64,000 nucleotides of DNA from Eubacteriales bacterium (GTDB lineage Bacteria; Bacillota; Clostridia; Oscillospirales; CAG-272): the NCBI GenBank assembly GCA_045122255.1, contig JBGVHJ010000130.1, forward strand, positions 2,208 to 66,207, written 5' to 3'. A program made the translations under genes and the position numbers. Positions within the stretch are counted from its first letter, which is position 1, and every line of letters starts with the position of its first letter. A model generated the notes under the pieces. The model ran no database searches and was not told where the DNA came from. It saw nothing but the letters and a program-made list of their open reading frames with translations. Shown piece by piece: positions 24,826-34,078 of the stretch.

Positions 24826-26837
24826 TGGTAGATAGCAAGCATCAATGGAAAGCTTGGGTGTACTTGCTCCCTGCTATCATTCTGCTTCTGATATTTACGG
24901 TCTACCCGATCATCAATACGGTCGTGACCGCATTTATCTACAACGTGGAATACAAGCCCGCAAGCATCCAGGTTGAAAGCGTTGAAAACGCAGAAGACAA
25001 ATATTACTTCTATTTTGTCGATGAAGACACTAACGAAAAGCGCTATATGAGTGCCGTAAGTGCTGAGGACGGTAGCCTTCACATGGGATATGTGGACGAG
25101 CCCGACGCTGCAAAAAGCGCATTCAGCTACGACGCATCTTTCTCGGTCTGGACATTGACAGTTGACGAAAAGCAGTACTTCTTTGCTGCTACCGATGATT
25201 CCGATGCAGATCTCATCGAGGCAACCGAGGAAAACATCGAAATGCTCGGTCAGTCCATCTACCCCGCAAATCTGATGCTCAACGGTAAGATCGTAACCAA
25301 GCTCGACCCTTCGAATCCCGAGGCTGAGGAGGAAAGCGGCTCCGAGTCCGTGTCCGAGTCCGAAACCGAGGCAGTGACCGAATCCGACACCGAGACCGGT
25401 GACGAATCGACCACCGAAGGCGAGGGCAACGCAGTTGCAGGAACCACCAACAAGCCCTCCAAGGATAACAAAAATGCATATACGTTCGGTGTATTCAAGG
25501 GCATGCCCGAGGCACTGAGATACATATTGGCAACCGGAGAGAACGGACACCTTGACACCACCGCTGACCTTGACGAGGCTTCTCTGATAGCAGGTCAGGG
25601 ATTCACTGTGGACGGCAAGAGAAGCTTTAAGCTTTACATCCCCGACGCTAAGATCAACCCCACCGTATACATGAACGTCGTTGTTGACGCCGACGGTTCC
25701 GCATCTCTTGAATATGCAGACACCACCGATGTACTCTTCGCATACAACAGCGATCTTGGTGCTTGGACCTGCACCGTAAACGAAACCGAATATTATCTCG
25801 GTCTCGACGGTATTAACCGAATCGGTGTTTATCCCACTGCCGAAATCGCAGAGGAAAACGCTCCTGCTCCCGCAAAGGTATATCTTCACAGAGAAAACGG
25901 TGAAGCAGAAGAAGTAACCGCATTCCTCCCCCGTTTCGCATTCCGTATCGGTGTAAACCGCGTTGCTAACGGTGAACAGTTCTTCATCACTACCGGCGAA
26001 TCCGAGACTAACGGTCTCATGCTCACTCAGGACGTAATTAAGGGTGAAACCTTCCGCAAGTTCGGTATAAATAACTTCGTGCGCGTTCTTACGAGCAAGG
26101 GAAGTGACTTTATGACCTGCTTGTTGAACACATTCATTCTGACCATCACCACCGTTCCGCTCTCAACAGTCCTCGCACTGCTTATCGCGGTAGGTCTTAA
26201 CTCCATCAAGCCTCTTCAGAGACTTCTCCAGACTATCTTCTTCCTGCCCTACGTTACCAACTCTATCGCAATAGGTATGGTATTCGCGGCAATGTTCAAT
26301 ATCGTCGGTATTAATTCCGCGCAGGAATCCGTCGGTATTATAAACAACGTTCTGGGCATATTCGGAATCGAGAGAATAAACTGGATCAACCAGGGCGCTC
26401 CCGCATGGGCAAGCTTCACTGCTATTATCATTTACATCGTATGGAACGCACTCCCCTTCAAGATCCTTATCCTTCTCGGCGGATTGCAGAGCATCAACAA
26501 GCAGTACTACGATGCGGCTAAGATCGACAGCACTCCCAAGTGGCGCGTTCTTACCAGAATCACCGTTCCGCTGCTCTCCCCCATGCTCACATACACCATC
26601 ATCACCAGCTTTATCGGCGGCTTCAAGGAATATTCCAGCGTCGTCGGTATATTCGGCGACTCCAGAAGAGTTCCCGGCGGTGCTAACATGAACACCATCG
26701 TAGGACATATTCAGGATCACCTTGAAATCACTCAGGACTACGGTCTTGCAGGTGCTGCGGCGCTTATGCTCTTCGTTATCATCTTCATCGTTACCATGAT
26801 CAACCTGCGCATAAGCAAGAAGAGCACTCACTATTAA
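24825..26837 (+). CDS. ABC transporter permease, MalF-like, with a roughly 400-aa extracytoplasmic insertion after TM1
   Basis: The N-terminal TM is WVYLLPAIILLLIFTVYPII and the C-terminal 230 aa form a typical CUT1 permease core. About 400 aa in between are hydrophilic. They contain an acidic ESGSESVSESETE linker and repeated W-T-x-T-V-[DN]-E-x-[QE]-Y-[FY] motifs. The start overlaps the ATPase stop (ATG at 24825). Confidence 0.85.
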   Translation: MVDSKHQWKAWVYLLPAIILLLIFTVYPIINTVVTAFIYNVEYKPASIQVESVENAEDKYYFYFVDEDTNEKRYMSAVSAEDGSLHMGYVDEPDAAKSAFSYDASFSVWTLTVDEKQYFFAATDDSDADLIEATEENIEMLGQSIYPANLMLNGKIVTKLDPSNPEAEEESGSESVSESETEAVTESDTETGDESTTEGEGNAVAGTTNKPSKDNKNAYTFGVFKGMPEALRYILATGENGHLDTTADLDEASLIAGQGFTVDGKRSFKLYIPDAKINPTVYMNVVVDADGSASLEYADTTDVLFAYNSDLGAWTCTVNETEYYLGLDGINRIGVYPTAEIAEENAPAPAKVYLHRENGEAEEVTAFLPRFAFRIGVNRVANGEQFFITTGESETNGLMLTQDVIKGETFRKFGINNFVRVLTSKGSDFMTCLLNTFILTITTVPLSTVLALLIAVGLNSIKPLQRLLQTIFFLPYVTNSIAIGMVFAAMFNIVGINSAQESVGIINNVLGIFGIERINWINQGAPAWASFTAIIIYIVWNALPFKILILLGGLQSINKQYYDAAKIDSTPKWRVLTRITVPLLSPMLTYTIITSFIGGFKEYSSVVGIFGDSRRVPGGANMNTIVGHIQDHLEITQDYGLAGAAALMLFVIIFIVTMINLRISKKSTHY

Positions 26838-26856
26838 TGAAGGGAGGAACAGCAAA

Positions 26857-27903
26857 ATGGCTAAGAAAGAAAAGAACGTCACTAACACTATGAAAGTGAT
26901 GGAAGAAAAGAACATTCAGAAGGTTGCTTCCTCTCAGAAGGTAGGAAAGGTCTTCGGACAGATCGCGGTCTACACCTTCCTTGGAATCATGGCACTGATC
27001 GTGCTCTTCCCCTTCTACTTCATGATCATTTCGTCCTTGAAGGACATGCCCGAGTACAGAGAGCCTGTTCCCACGCTCATTCCTCAATCGTGGCAGTATG
27101 AAAACTACACCGACCTCCTTATTCCTCACGAGTGGGCAGAGAAAGTCGGACTGGCTGGAGTCATCGTTTCCGAGGAAGCTCCCCAGCACGACTTCGATCT
27201 CTTCACCCTCTTCAGAAATACCATGTACGTCGGTATAGTATCCACCATATTCTCGGTCGTTATCACCGTCCTCAGCGCATTCGCGTTTGCACGACTAAAC
27301 TTTAAAGGTAAGAACATGCTATTCGCGGCGCTCTTGGGAACGATGATGATCCCCGGCGAGCTCTTTACTATCACGAACTACGCGACGGTTATGACCAAGG
27401 GAGGCTGGTTCCCCACCCTCTTCAACGGTATGGGTAATCTGTTCGGTCTGTTGGATTTCAACATTCCCTTCGTGGATTCCAGCTTTGCGGCTCTGATCGT
27501 GCCCTTCCTCGTAAGCGTATTCTACATTTACCTTTTGAGACAGAACTTCTTGCAGATACCCAACGAGCTCTACCTCGCCGCTAAGGTCGACGGTACCAGC
27601 GACTTCAAGTATCTCTGCAAGGTTATGATCCCTCTCTCGCTCCCCACCATTATCTCGATCACCATCCTGAAGATGATGGGTGCGTGGAACTCCTACATGT
27701 GGCCCCGTCTCGTTGCAAACGACGATGCTCACAGACTGATCACCAACGGTCTTAGAAATGCATTCGCCGACGTTAACGGTGACGTTAACATTCCTCAGCA
27801 GATGGCGGCGGTTGCGCTCGTTTCGATTCCTCTCTTCTTAGTATTCGTTTTCTTGAGAAAATATATTATGAAGGGCGTAAGCCGAAGCGGTATCAAGGGT
27901 TAA
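26857..27903 (+). CDS. ABC transporter permease, MalG-like (CUT1)
   Basis: It has six predicted TM segments and an EAA-like loop (YLAAKVDGTSDFKYLCKVMIPLSLP). A GGAGGAACAGCAAA RBS is present. Confidence 0.88.
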   Translation: MAKKEKNVTNTMKVMEEKNIQKVASSQKVGKVFGQIAVYTFLGIMALIVLFPFYFMIISSLKDMPEYREPVPTLIPQSWQYENYTDLLIPHEWAEKVGLAGVIVSEEAPQHDFDLFTLFRNTMYVGIVSTIFSVVITVLSAFAFARLNFKGKNMLFAALLGTMMIPGELFTITNYATVMTKGGWFPTLFNGMGNLFGLLDFNIPFVDSSFAALIVPFLVSVFYIYLLRQNFLQIPNELYLAAKVDGTSDFKYLCKVMIPLSLPTIISITILKMMGAWNSYMWPRLVANDDAHRLITNGLRNAFADVNGDVNIPQQMAAVALVSIPLFLVFVFLRKYIMKGVSRSGIKG

Positions 27904-27965
27904 TCGCTTTTTCAGCAGAAGAAAAGGCTTAACAATAAGAAAAAAATTTTTTGGAGGACAAAAAC

Positions 27966-29492
27966 ATGAAAATGAGATTTCTCGCATTCTTTATGGCAGC
28001 TATTCTCTGCTTCGGTTCTATAGCACTCGTTGCTTGTGACAACACGAAGCCCAATGAGAACAAGGGTCCCGAAGAAAGCAGCACTCCCGAAACCCCCGAG
28101 ACTCCCGACAACGAGTCCCAGCAGCAGCAGAAGCCCGACGATAACGAGCAGAAGCCCGACACCCCCGTTGTTAAGGACGAGGGCTACGACGGAAGCGCAG
28201 TTACCGTTGTATTCTACCACACTATGGGTCAGAACCTCAGAGACGTTCTCGATCTTTACATCGCAGAATTCAACAAGCTCTACCCCAACATTACCATCCA
28301 GCACGAGCAGGTTGGTGGCTACGACGACGTTCGTCAGCAGATCAGCACCGAGATCACCGTTGGTAACCAGCCCAACATCGCTTACTGCTATCCCGACCAC
28401 GTTGCTTCCTACAACACCGCTAAGGCAGTATTCCCCCTCGACTCCCTCATCAACAGCATGGCAATAGTTACCCGCGCTGACGGCAGCGAAGAGGTTATGG
28501 GTCTTGACCAGTACCAGATCAACGACTTTATCCCCGGTTACTACAACGAGGGTAAGCAGTTCGGTGACGGTAAGATGTACACCCTTCCCCTTTCCAAGTC
28601 TACCGAGGTTCTTTACTACAACAAGACCTTCTTCGACAAGCACGGCCTCACTCCTCCCACCACTTGGGAAGAGATGGAAGCTCTCTGCGCACGCATCAAG
28701 GAGATCGAGCCCAATTCTATCCCTCTCGGATACGACAGCGAAGCTAACTGGTTCATCACCATGACCGAGCAGCTCGGCACTCCCTACACCAGCGCAACCG
28801 GCGATCACTTCCTCTTCAACACTGCAGAGAACAGAGAGTTCGTTAAGGAGTTCAGAAGCTGGTATGAGGCAGGCTACCTCACCACTCAGGAGCTCTTCGG
28901 CGCATACACCTCCGGTCTTTACGTAACCAACGATCCCACAAAGCCCACAAGCTACATGTCCATCGGTTCCTCCGCAGGTGCTACTCACCAGCGTCCCGCT
29001 AAGGAAAACGGCGCATACCCCTTCGAGGTAGGCATCACCACTATTCCTCAGAAAGATGCTTCCAACCCCAAGGTTATCTCTCAGGGTCCTTCCCTCTGTA
29101 TCTTCGATAAGGCTAACAAGCAGGAAGTTTACGCTTCTTGGCTCTTCATGAAGTTCCTTACCACCAACGTTGAATTCCAGGCTGAATTCTCCATGGCTTC
29201 CGGTTACGTTCCCGTTCTTAAGTCCGTTGCCGAGAACGAGGCTTATGCAGCTTGGCTTAACGGTGCAAACGGCGGCGACGGCATCGCAGCTCTCTCCGCA
29301 AAGGTTTGTCTCGATCAGGCTGACGCTTACTACACCTCTCCCGCATTCAACGGTTCTTCCACCGCTCGTGACCAGGTAGGTCTTCTTATGCAGGATTGCT
29401 TCACCACTGCCGTTCCCGAAGGCAAGACCATCGATCAGCTTCTTGACGAGCTCTTCGAGGCTGCAGTTGAAAAGTGCAAGTACCTCTCTTAA
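27966..29492 (+). CDS. ABC transporter extracellular solute-binding lipoprotein (family 1, sugar/Ugp-like)
   Basis: The lipobox is ALVACDN, followed by a P/E/Q-rich linker and a typical SBP_bac_1 layout (VVFYHTMGQNL..YPDHVASY..LPLSKSTEVLYYNK..WEEM). GGAGG lies 8 nt before ATG 27966. Confidence 0.85.
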   Translation: MKMRFLAFFMAAILCFGSIALVACDNTKPNENKGPEESSTPETPETPDNESQQQQKPDDNEQKPDTPVVKDEGYDGSAVTVVFYHTMGQNLRDVLDLYIAEFNKLYPNITIQHEQVGGYDDVRQQISTEITVGNQPNIAYCYPDHVASYNTAKAVFPLDSLINSMAIVTRADGSEEVMGLDQYQINDFIPGYYNEGKQFGDGKMYTLPLSKSTEVLYYNKTFFDKHGLTPPTTWEEMEALCARIKEIEPNSIPLGYDSEANWFITMTEQLGTPYTSATGDHFLFNTAENREFVKEFRSWYEAGYLTTQELFGAYTSGLYVTNDPTKPTSYMSIGSSAGATHQRPAKENGAYPFEVGITTIPQKDASNPKVISQGPSLCIFDKANKQEVYASWLFMKFLTTNVEFQAEFSMASGYVPVLKSVAENEAYAAWLNGANGGDGIAALSAKVCLDQADAYYTSPAFNGSSTARDQVGLLMQDCFTTAVPEGKTIDQLLDELFEAAVEKCKYLS

Positions 29493-29529
29493 TCAATAAT
29501 TGAGGTCAAACAAACAGGTTAATATAATA

Positions 29530-30963
29530 ATGAAGAAAATCATTAGCAATCTGCTTGTTATCGCATTGCTGATAGGTACCCTTGTAGGGTGCCTGTCAGC
29601 TTGTGTTAACACAGGCAACGAACAAGAAACCGACTCTACGTCCACTTCCACACCGGTAGAAAACGAGAGTCAGGAAAACACCTCTTCCGAGGGCTCTTCC
29701 GAGGAAGAAACCGAAAAACCCGCAGAGCATATCGACTTTGCAGGATCGGTCAAGCTCGACATGAACTCCGAGACCCTCAAGCAAGAGGTTACCGTCAAGG
29801 CGTTTATCGACGGCGATACAACTCACTTCTACGTCCCCACCTCTCTTATGGACACCGGATTTATTAAGGCAAGATATCTTTCCGTAAATACCCCCGAGTC
29901 CACAGGTAAGATCGAGGAATGGGGTAAGGCGGCTTCCAACTTCACTAAGGAGAAGCTTTCAAGCGCTACCTCCATTATCATTGAATCGGACACCGCAACT
30001 CTTAACGCAGACTCCACCGGAGACAGATATCTCCTTTGGATCTGGTACAAGCCCCAGGGCAGCGACGAATACCGCAACCTCAATATCGAAATATTGCAGA
30101 ACGGTCTCGCGATCGCTTCCAACTCCGCTAACAACCGTTACGGAAGCATCTGTATGGATGCCATCAATCAGGCGAGAGCTGAAAAGCTCCACGTTTATTC
30201 AGGCCAGAAGGATCCTAACTTCTTCTACGGCGACGCATACGAGCTCACACTCAAGGAGCTCCGTTGCAACATCGAGCAGTATAACGGTGCTAAGGTCGCA
30301 TTCACCGGAGTCATAACCATGGACCACGATAATGCGGTATACGTTGAAAGCTACGATGAAGAGACCGCTATGTGGTACGGAATGTACGTATACTACGGCT
30401 TCGAATCCAGCAGCTATCTGCTCGACTTCCTTTCCATTGGCAACGAGGTAAGAATCGTTGGTACCGTATCCTATTACGAGACCGGCGGAAGCTATCAGGT
30501 TTCCGGACTTTCTTACCGTGCAATGAGACCCAATGATCCCTCCAACACTCAGAAACTCAGCGAGGGACATACTCCCGTTTACCTTCCCACCGCTCCCGAG
30601 ACCTTTGCTAACAAGAAGGTTGACGTAACAAGCCTTGACGAGGAAGGAAACGAGGTCATCAAGACCTACAGCTACGCGCAGCTTGCAGTCTACTCCTCCA
30701 TCAGCATGGAAGGACTTAAGGTTGTTCGCGTATACACCACCGACACCGAGGGCAGCTCTAACAAGGGCGCAATGACACTTACCTGCGAGGCAAACGGTGT
30801 AACCATTCAGGTTCGCACCACCGTTTTCCGTGATGCAGACGGAAATCTGATCACCGAGGATTATTATAAAGGTAAGACCATTGACGTTAAGGGTATTATC
30901 GAATTCTTCTCCGGCGATTATCAGATCAAGGTATTCCACCCCAGTGATATTATTATTCATTAA
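29530..30963 (+). CDS. Surface lipoprotein with staphylococcal-nuclease (SNase/thermonuclease) domain plus OB-fold-like C-terminal modules
   Basis: The lipobox is LVGCLSAC. The SNase pattern is VKAFIDGDTTHFYV..IKARYLSVNTPES..GKAASNFTKEKL..DRYLLWIWY..NLNIEILQNGLA. The C-terminus has YNGAKVAFTGVIT..VRIVGTVSYYETGGSYQV. Confidence 0.82.
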   Translation: MKKIISNLLVIALLIGTLVGCLSACVNTGNEQETDSTSTSTPVENESQENTSSEGSSEEETEKPAEHIDFAGSVKLDMNSETLKQEVTVKAFIDGDTTHFYVPTSLMDTGFIKARYLSVNTPESTGKIEEWGKAASNFTKEKLSSATSIIIESDTATLNADSTGDRYLLWIWYKPQGSDEYRNLNIEILQNGLAIASNSANNRYGSICMDAINQARAEKLHVYSGQKDPNFFYGDAYELTLKELRCNIEQYNGAKVAFTGVITMDHDNAVYVESYDEETAMWYGMYVYYGFESSSYLLDFLSIGNEVRIVGTVSYYETGGSYQVSGLSYRAMRPNDPSNTQKLSEGHTPVYLPTAPETFANKKVDVTSLDEEGNEVIKTYSYAQLAVYSSISMEGLKVVRVYTTDTEGSSNKGAMTLTCEANGVTIQVRTTVFRDADGNLITEDYYKGKTIDVKGIIEFFSGDYQIKVFHPSDIIIH

Positions 30964-30996
30964 TAATATAAAAATCAAAATTCATAAGGAGACATT

Positions 30997-33927
30997 ATGA
31001 AAAAACTAATTGCAATTGTTCTCGTTGCACTTATGTGCATTTCCGTTCTTGCGGCATGTACTCCCGCAGAACCCGAGACACCCGACACCCCCGAATCCTC
31101 CACTCCCGAGACCAACGAGTCCGAGCCCAATGAGGATACTTCCTCTGAGCCCGACGGCGAGGATACATCCTCTACTCCCAATGCTTCCGAGTACGATGTT
31201 GAGGCGGCTAAGGAGAACGTTAAGGTTCTTAACAATAACCTTCTTAAGAACCCCAGCACCGGTAAGGACTTCACCGTTACTCCCCAGGTTATGATCGCAG
31301 GTGTTGTTTACACCGTTACCTGGACCGTTAACACCGACAAGGTTACCGTTGACGTAAACGACGAAGAGAAAACCGTTACCATCAATGTTGACGAGGATGC
31401 TCTTGAGGAACTCGCATACGTCCTCACCGCAACCATTACCGCTCCCGATGGAACTACCGCTGTTCTCGAGTTCAACCTCACAGTTCCTAAATTCAAGTTC
31501 ACTACCTTTGCTGAGTACGCTGCAGCTGAAAAGGGTACCTTTGTAACTGTACAGGGTATCGTTACCGGTGTATTCTCCAAGACTACCGGCTCCGCTGCTA
31601 ACGGCCTTTACATTCAGGATCTGAATAACGAGGGCGGTTACTACGTATACAACCTCGCTGATGATCCCAACGGCACTATCCTTCCCGGTATGACCGTTGT
31701 AGTTCGTGGTGACACAGATCTTTACAACGGCACCTACGAGATCGTAAATGCTTCCGTTCAGGTTACTGACGAGACTATCAAGACCGTAGAGCCCATCGAC
31801 TACACCAACCTTCTTGCAACAGCAGAAAAGCTCAGCGATACAGCTCTCGTTGCAAAGCAGGCGCTTCTCGTTACCGTTAAGGGTGTTACCATCCTTGAGG
31901 CTGGCGACAACGGCTACTACTACTTCCAGGCAGGAGCTCACAAGGTTTACCTCAGAATCTCCAGCTCTAACAACGCTACTACCTCCGAGGCTCTCGAAGC
32001 TATCAAGGCTGCTCACGGAGCTAACTACGGTAACGTTGCAGACGTTACCGGTGTAATCTCTCTTTACAACGGCAACTTCTACCTCTCCCCCATCTCTGCT
32101 GATGCATTCAGCAATATCACTGTTCCCGAGAGAACCGACGCTGAGAAGGCTGCTCTCGAGCTTTCAGGTCTTAAGCTCGACGCTTCCGCGTCCTCCAACA
32201 AGGTTATCGAGCTCCCCGCAGTTGGAACTACTTATGAAAATGTAACCTTCACTTGGGCAACCACCGATACTACAGGTGCTGCTGTTATTGCTGACGGTAA
32301 GCTCACTCTCACTATTCCCGATGCTGAGCTTGTTGTAACTATCACCGTTACCGCAACCTGCGGCGAAGCAACTGATACCAAGGAATTCACCATCAAGCTT
32401 TCCAAGACCATCACCCCTCTCAAGGACGCTATTGAGATCGGTGCGGCTAAGGATCACAACACCTACACCGAGGACAAGTACATCGTTGCAGGTGTCATCA
32501 CCGAAATTTATAACGAACAGTACGGCAATATGTACATCGTTGACGAGCTTGGCAACAAGTTCACCGTTTACGGCGTATACATTGAAGGCAAGAAGTACGG
32601 CGACTTCACCGGTGCTAAGCCCGTTGCAGGCGACTACATCGTAGTTATGGGTGCTCTCGGTCAGTACAACGGCACCGCTCAGATGAAGAACGCTGACCTC
32701 GTTTCCTTCACTACTCCCACCAGCATTACCGACGCGGTTGCTCTCGGCGCTGCTAAGGATCACAACACCTACACCGAAGATAAGTACGTTATTTCCGGTG
32801 AGATCACTGAAGTTCAGAGCGATAAGTACGGTAACGTAGTTATCAAGGACGCAGCAGGCAACTCTATTCTCGTATACGGTCTCTACAGTGCTAACGGCGC
32901 TACCAGATACGACGCTATGGAGACAAAGCCCGCAGTTGGCGACACCATCGTCGTTCTCGGTATTCTCGGTCAGTACAATGGCACCGCTCAGATGAAGAAC
33001 GGCTGGCTCATCGGCTACACCGCAGGTAATGCTGGTGGTAACGAGGGCGGCAACGAAGGCGGCAATGAAGGCGGCAATGAAGGTACTACTACTCCTTCCG
33101 ACAAGATCACTACCATTGCAGGTGCTCTTGCAGGAACTGTAGGTGCAGAGGTTGAGCTTATCGGTACCGTTTCTGAATTCTATCAGGGTTGGAATACCCA
33201 GTACAACAACTGCTCTCCTTACATCGTTGACGATGCAGGCAACAAGATCATTGTTTTCCGTTGCAAGCTCGACGTTAAGATCGGCGACGTAATCAAGGTT
33301 GTTGGTGTGCTTGGTGCATACAACAATGTAAATCAGGTTGCAGAGGGCTCTACCGTTACTCTTGTAACCGCTCACGTGTGCAGCGATTTCACCGCAGCTG
33401 ACTGCCTCAACGCAGCAGTTTGCAAGGTGTGCGGAAAGGCTAACGGCGAGGCTCTCGGTCACGCTTACACCGACGGTGCTTGCACAAGATGTGGCGCAAC
33501 TCAGACCACCGGAACCGTTACCGTAAGCAAGACTATTGCTTCCCTTATCACCGAGCTTGGTTGGACAGGCAGCACTACAAAGCAGACCTTCACTCTTGAC
33601 GATAACGTAACCGTTAAGATCAACGGTGGAAACAACACCGGTAAGGCATACAACGGTGACCATATCCGTATCTATGCTACCGATTCTCCCGCAGGAACCA
33701 TAACCATTTCTGTTCCCGAAGGCTATGAGCTTGTTTCCATTAAGATCTCCGCTCAGACTGGAACCTATGCATTCCTTTATCTTGGCGAAGGCACAACCGA
33801 TATTTGTAATGTAACCACCGCTGTTTCCGGATCTTCCGTAGTTCTTAATTCTGTTAAGAACGGATCCGACGGCAAGCAGGTACGTGTTACCGCAATCGAG
33901 GTTGTTTACCAGCCCGTAGCAGGCTAA
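30997..33927 (+). CDS. Large surface lipoprotein with at least four OB-fold-like modules, a Cys-rich segment and a C-terminal domain shared with 19601..22414
   Basis: The lipobox is VLAACT. The repeated pattern is [VI]xG[VEI][IV]T..[LV]YG..GDx[IV]VVxGxLGQYNGTAQMKN (two nearly identical copies), plus GTFVTVQGIVTGVF..LYIQD..MTVVVRGDTDLYNGTYEI and AEVELIGTVSEF..GDVIKVVGVLGAYNNVNQV. These resemble the OB modules of the YhcR/ExeM-type extracellular nucleases as I remember them. Confidence 0.8.
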   Translation: MKKLIAIVLVALMCISVLAACTPAEPETPDTPESSTPETNESEPNEDTSSEPDGEDTSSTPNASEYDVEAAKENVKVLNNNLLKNPSTGKDFTVTPQVMIAGVVYTVTWTVNTDKVTVDVNDEEKTVTINVDEDALEELAYVLTATITAPDGTTAVLEFNLTVPKFKFTTFAEYAAAEKGTFVTVQGIVTGVFSKTTGSAANGLYIQDLNNEGGYYVYNLADDPNGTILPGMTVVVRGDTDLYNGTYEIVNASVQVTDETIKTVEPIDYTNLLATAEKLSDTALVAKQALLVTVKGVTILEAGDNGYYYFQAGAHKVYLRISSSNNATTSEALEAIKAAHGANYGNVADVTGVISLYNGNFYLSPISADAFSNITVPERTDAEKAALELSGLKLDASASSNKVIELPAVGTTYENVTFTWATTDTTGAAVIADGKLTLTIPDAELVVTITVTATCGEATDTKEFTIKLSKTITPLKDAIEIGAAKDHNTYTEDKYIVAGVITEIYNEQYGNMYIVDELGNKFTVYGVYIEGKKYGDFTGAKPVAGDYIVVMGALGQYNGTAQMKNADLVSFTTPTSITDAVALGAAKDHNTYTEDKYVISGEITEVQSDKYGNVVIKDAAGNSILVYGLYSANGATRYDAMETKPAVGDTIVVLGILGQYNGTAQMKNGWLIGYTAGNAGGNEGGNEGGNEGGNEGTTTPSDKITTIAGALAGTVGAEVELIGTVSEFYQGWNTQYNNCSPYIVDDAGNKIIVFRCKLDVKIGDVIKVVGVLGAYNNVNQVAEGSTVTLVTAHVCSDFTAADCLNAAVCKVCGKANGEALGHAYTDGACTRCGATQTTGTVTVSKTIASLITELGWTGSTTKQTFTLDDNVTVKINGGNNTGKAYNGDHIRIYATDSPAGTITISVPEGYELVSIKISAQTGTYAFLYLGEGTTDICNVTTAVSGSSVVLNSVKNGSDGKQVRVTAIEVVYQPVAG
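33034..33081 (+). repeat. Four tandem 12-bp units encoding (GGNE)4 inside 30997..33927
   Basis: The units are ggtggtaacgag ggcggcaacgaa ggcggcaatgaa ggcggcaatgaa, read directly. This is an in-frame low-complexity linker. Confidence 0.9.
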
Positions 33928-33947
33928 TATCATTTAGTCAAATTTTT

Positions 33948-33975
33948 CCACCCCGCCACGGCGGGGTGGTTTTTT
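33948..33975 (+). terminator. Intrinsic terminator after 30997..33927
   Basis: CCACCCCGC-CACG-GCGGGGUGG followed by UUUUUU. Confidence 0.85.
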
Positions 33976-34017
33976 ATCGTAAAATCCGCATAAATTCACC
34001 TTTTTTCTCTAAAAGCC

Positions 34018-34046
34018 TTGCAAAAGTCAGAAAAATATAGTATAAT
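34018..34046 (+). promoter_or_regulatory. Promoter of the barnase-like RNase gene (TTGCAA-17-TATAAT)
   Basis: TTGCAA is at 34018..34023, followed by a 17-nt spacer and TATAAT at 34041..34046. Confidence 0.6.
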
Positions 34047-34078
34047 ATATCGTAATTTTGATTTTGAAAGGCAAATAT

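Noticed and set aside
24807-28988. Minus-strand ORFs of 360 aa (24807..25889), 250 aa (26163..26915) and 358 aa (27912..28988)
   Set aside because: They are antisense to the ABC permease and solute-binding protein genes, whose identity is unambiguous.
31006-33933. 336-aa and 589-aa minus-strand ORFs
   Set aside because: They are antisense shadows of the 976-aa OB-fold lipoprotein gene, with no RBS and no motifs.
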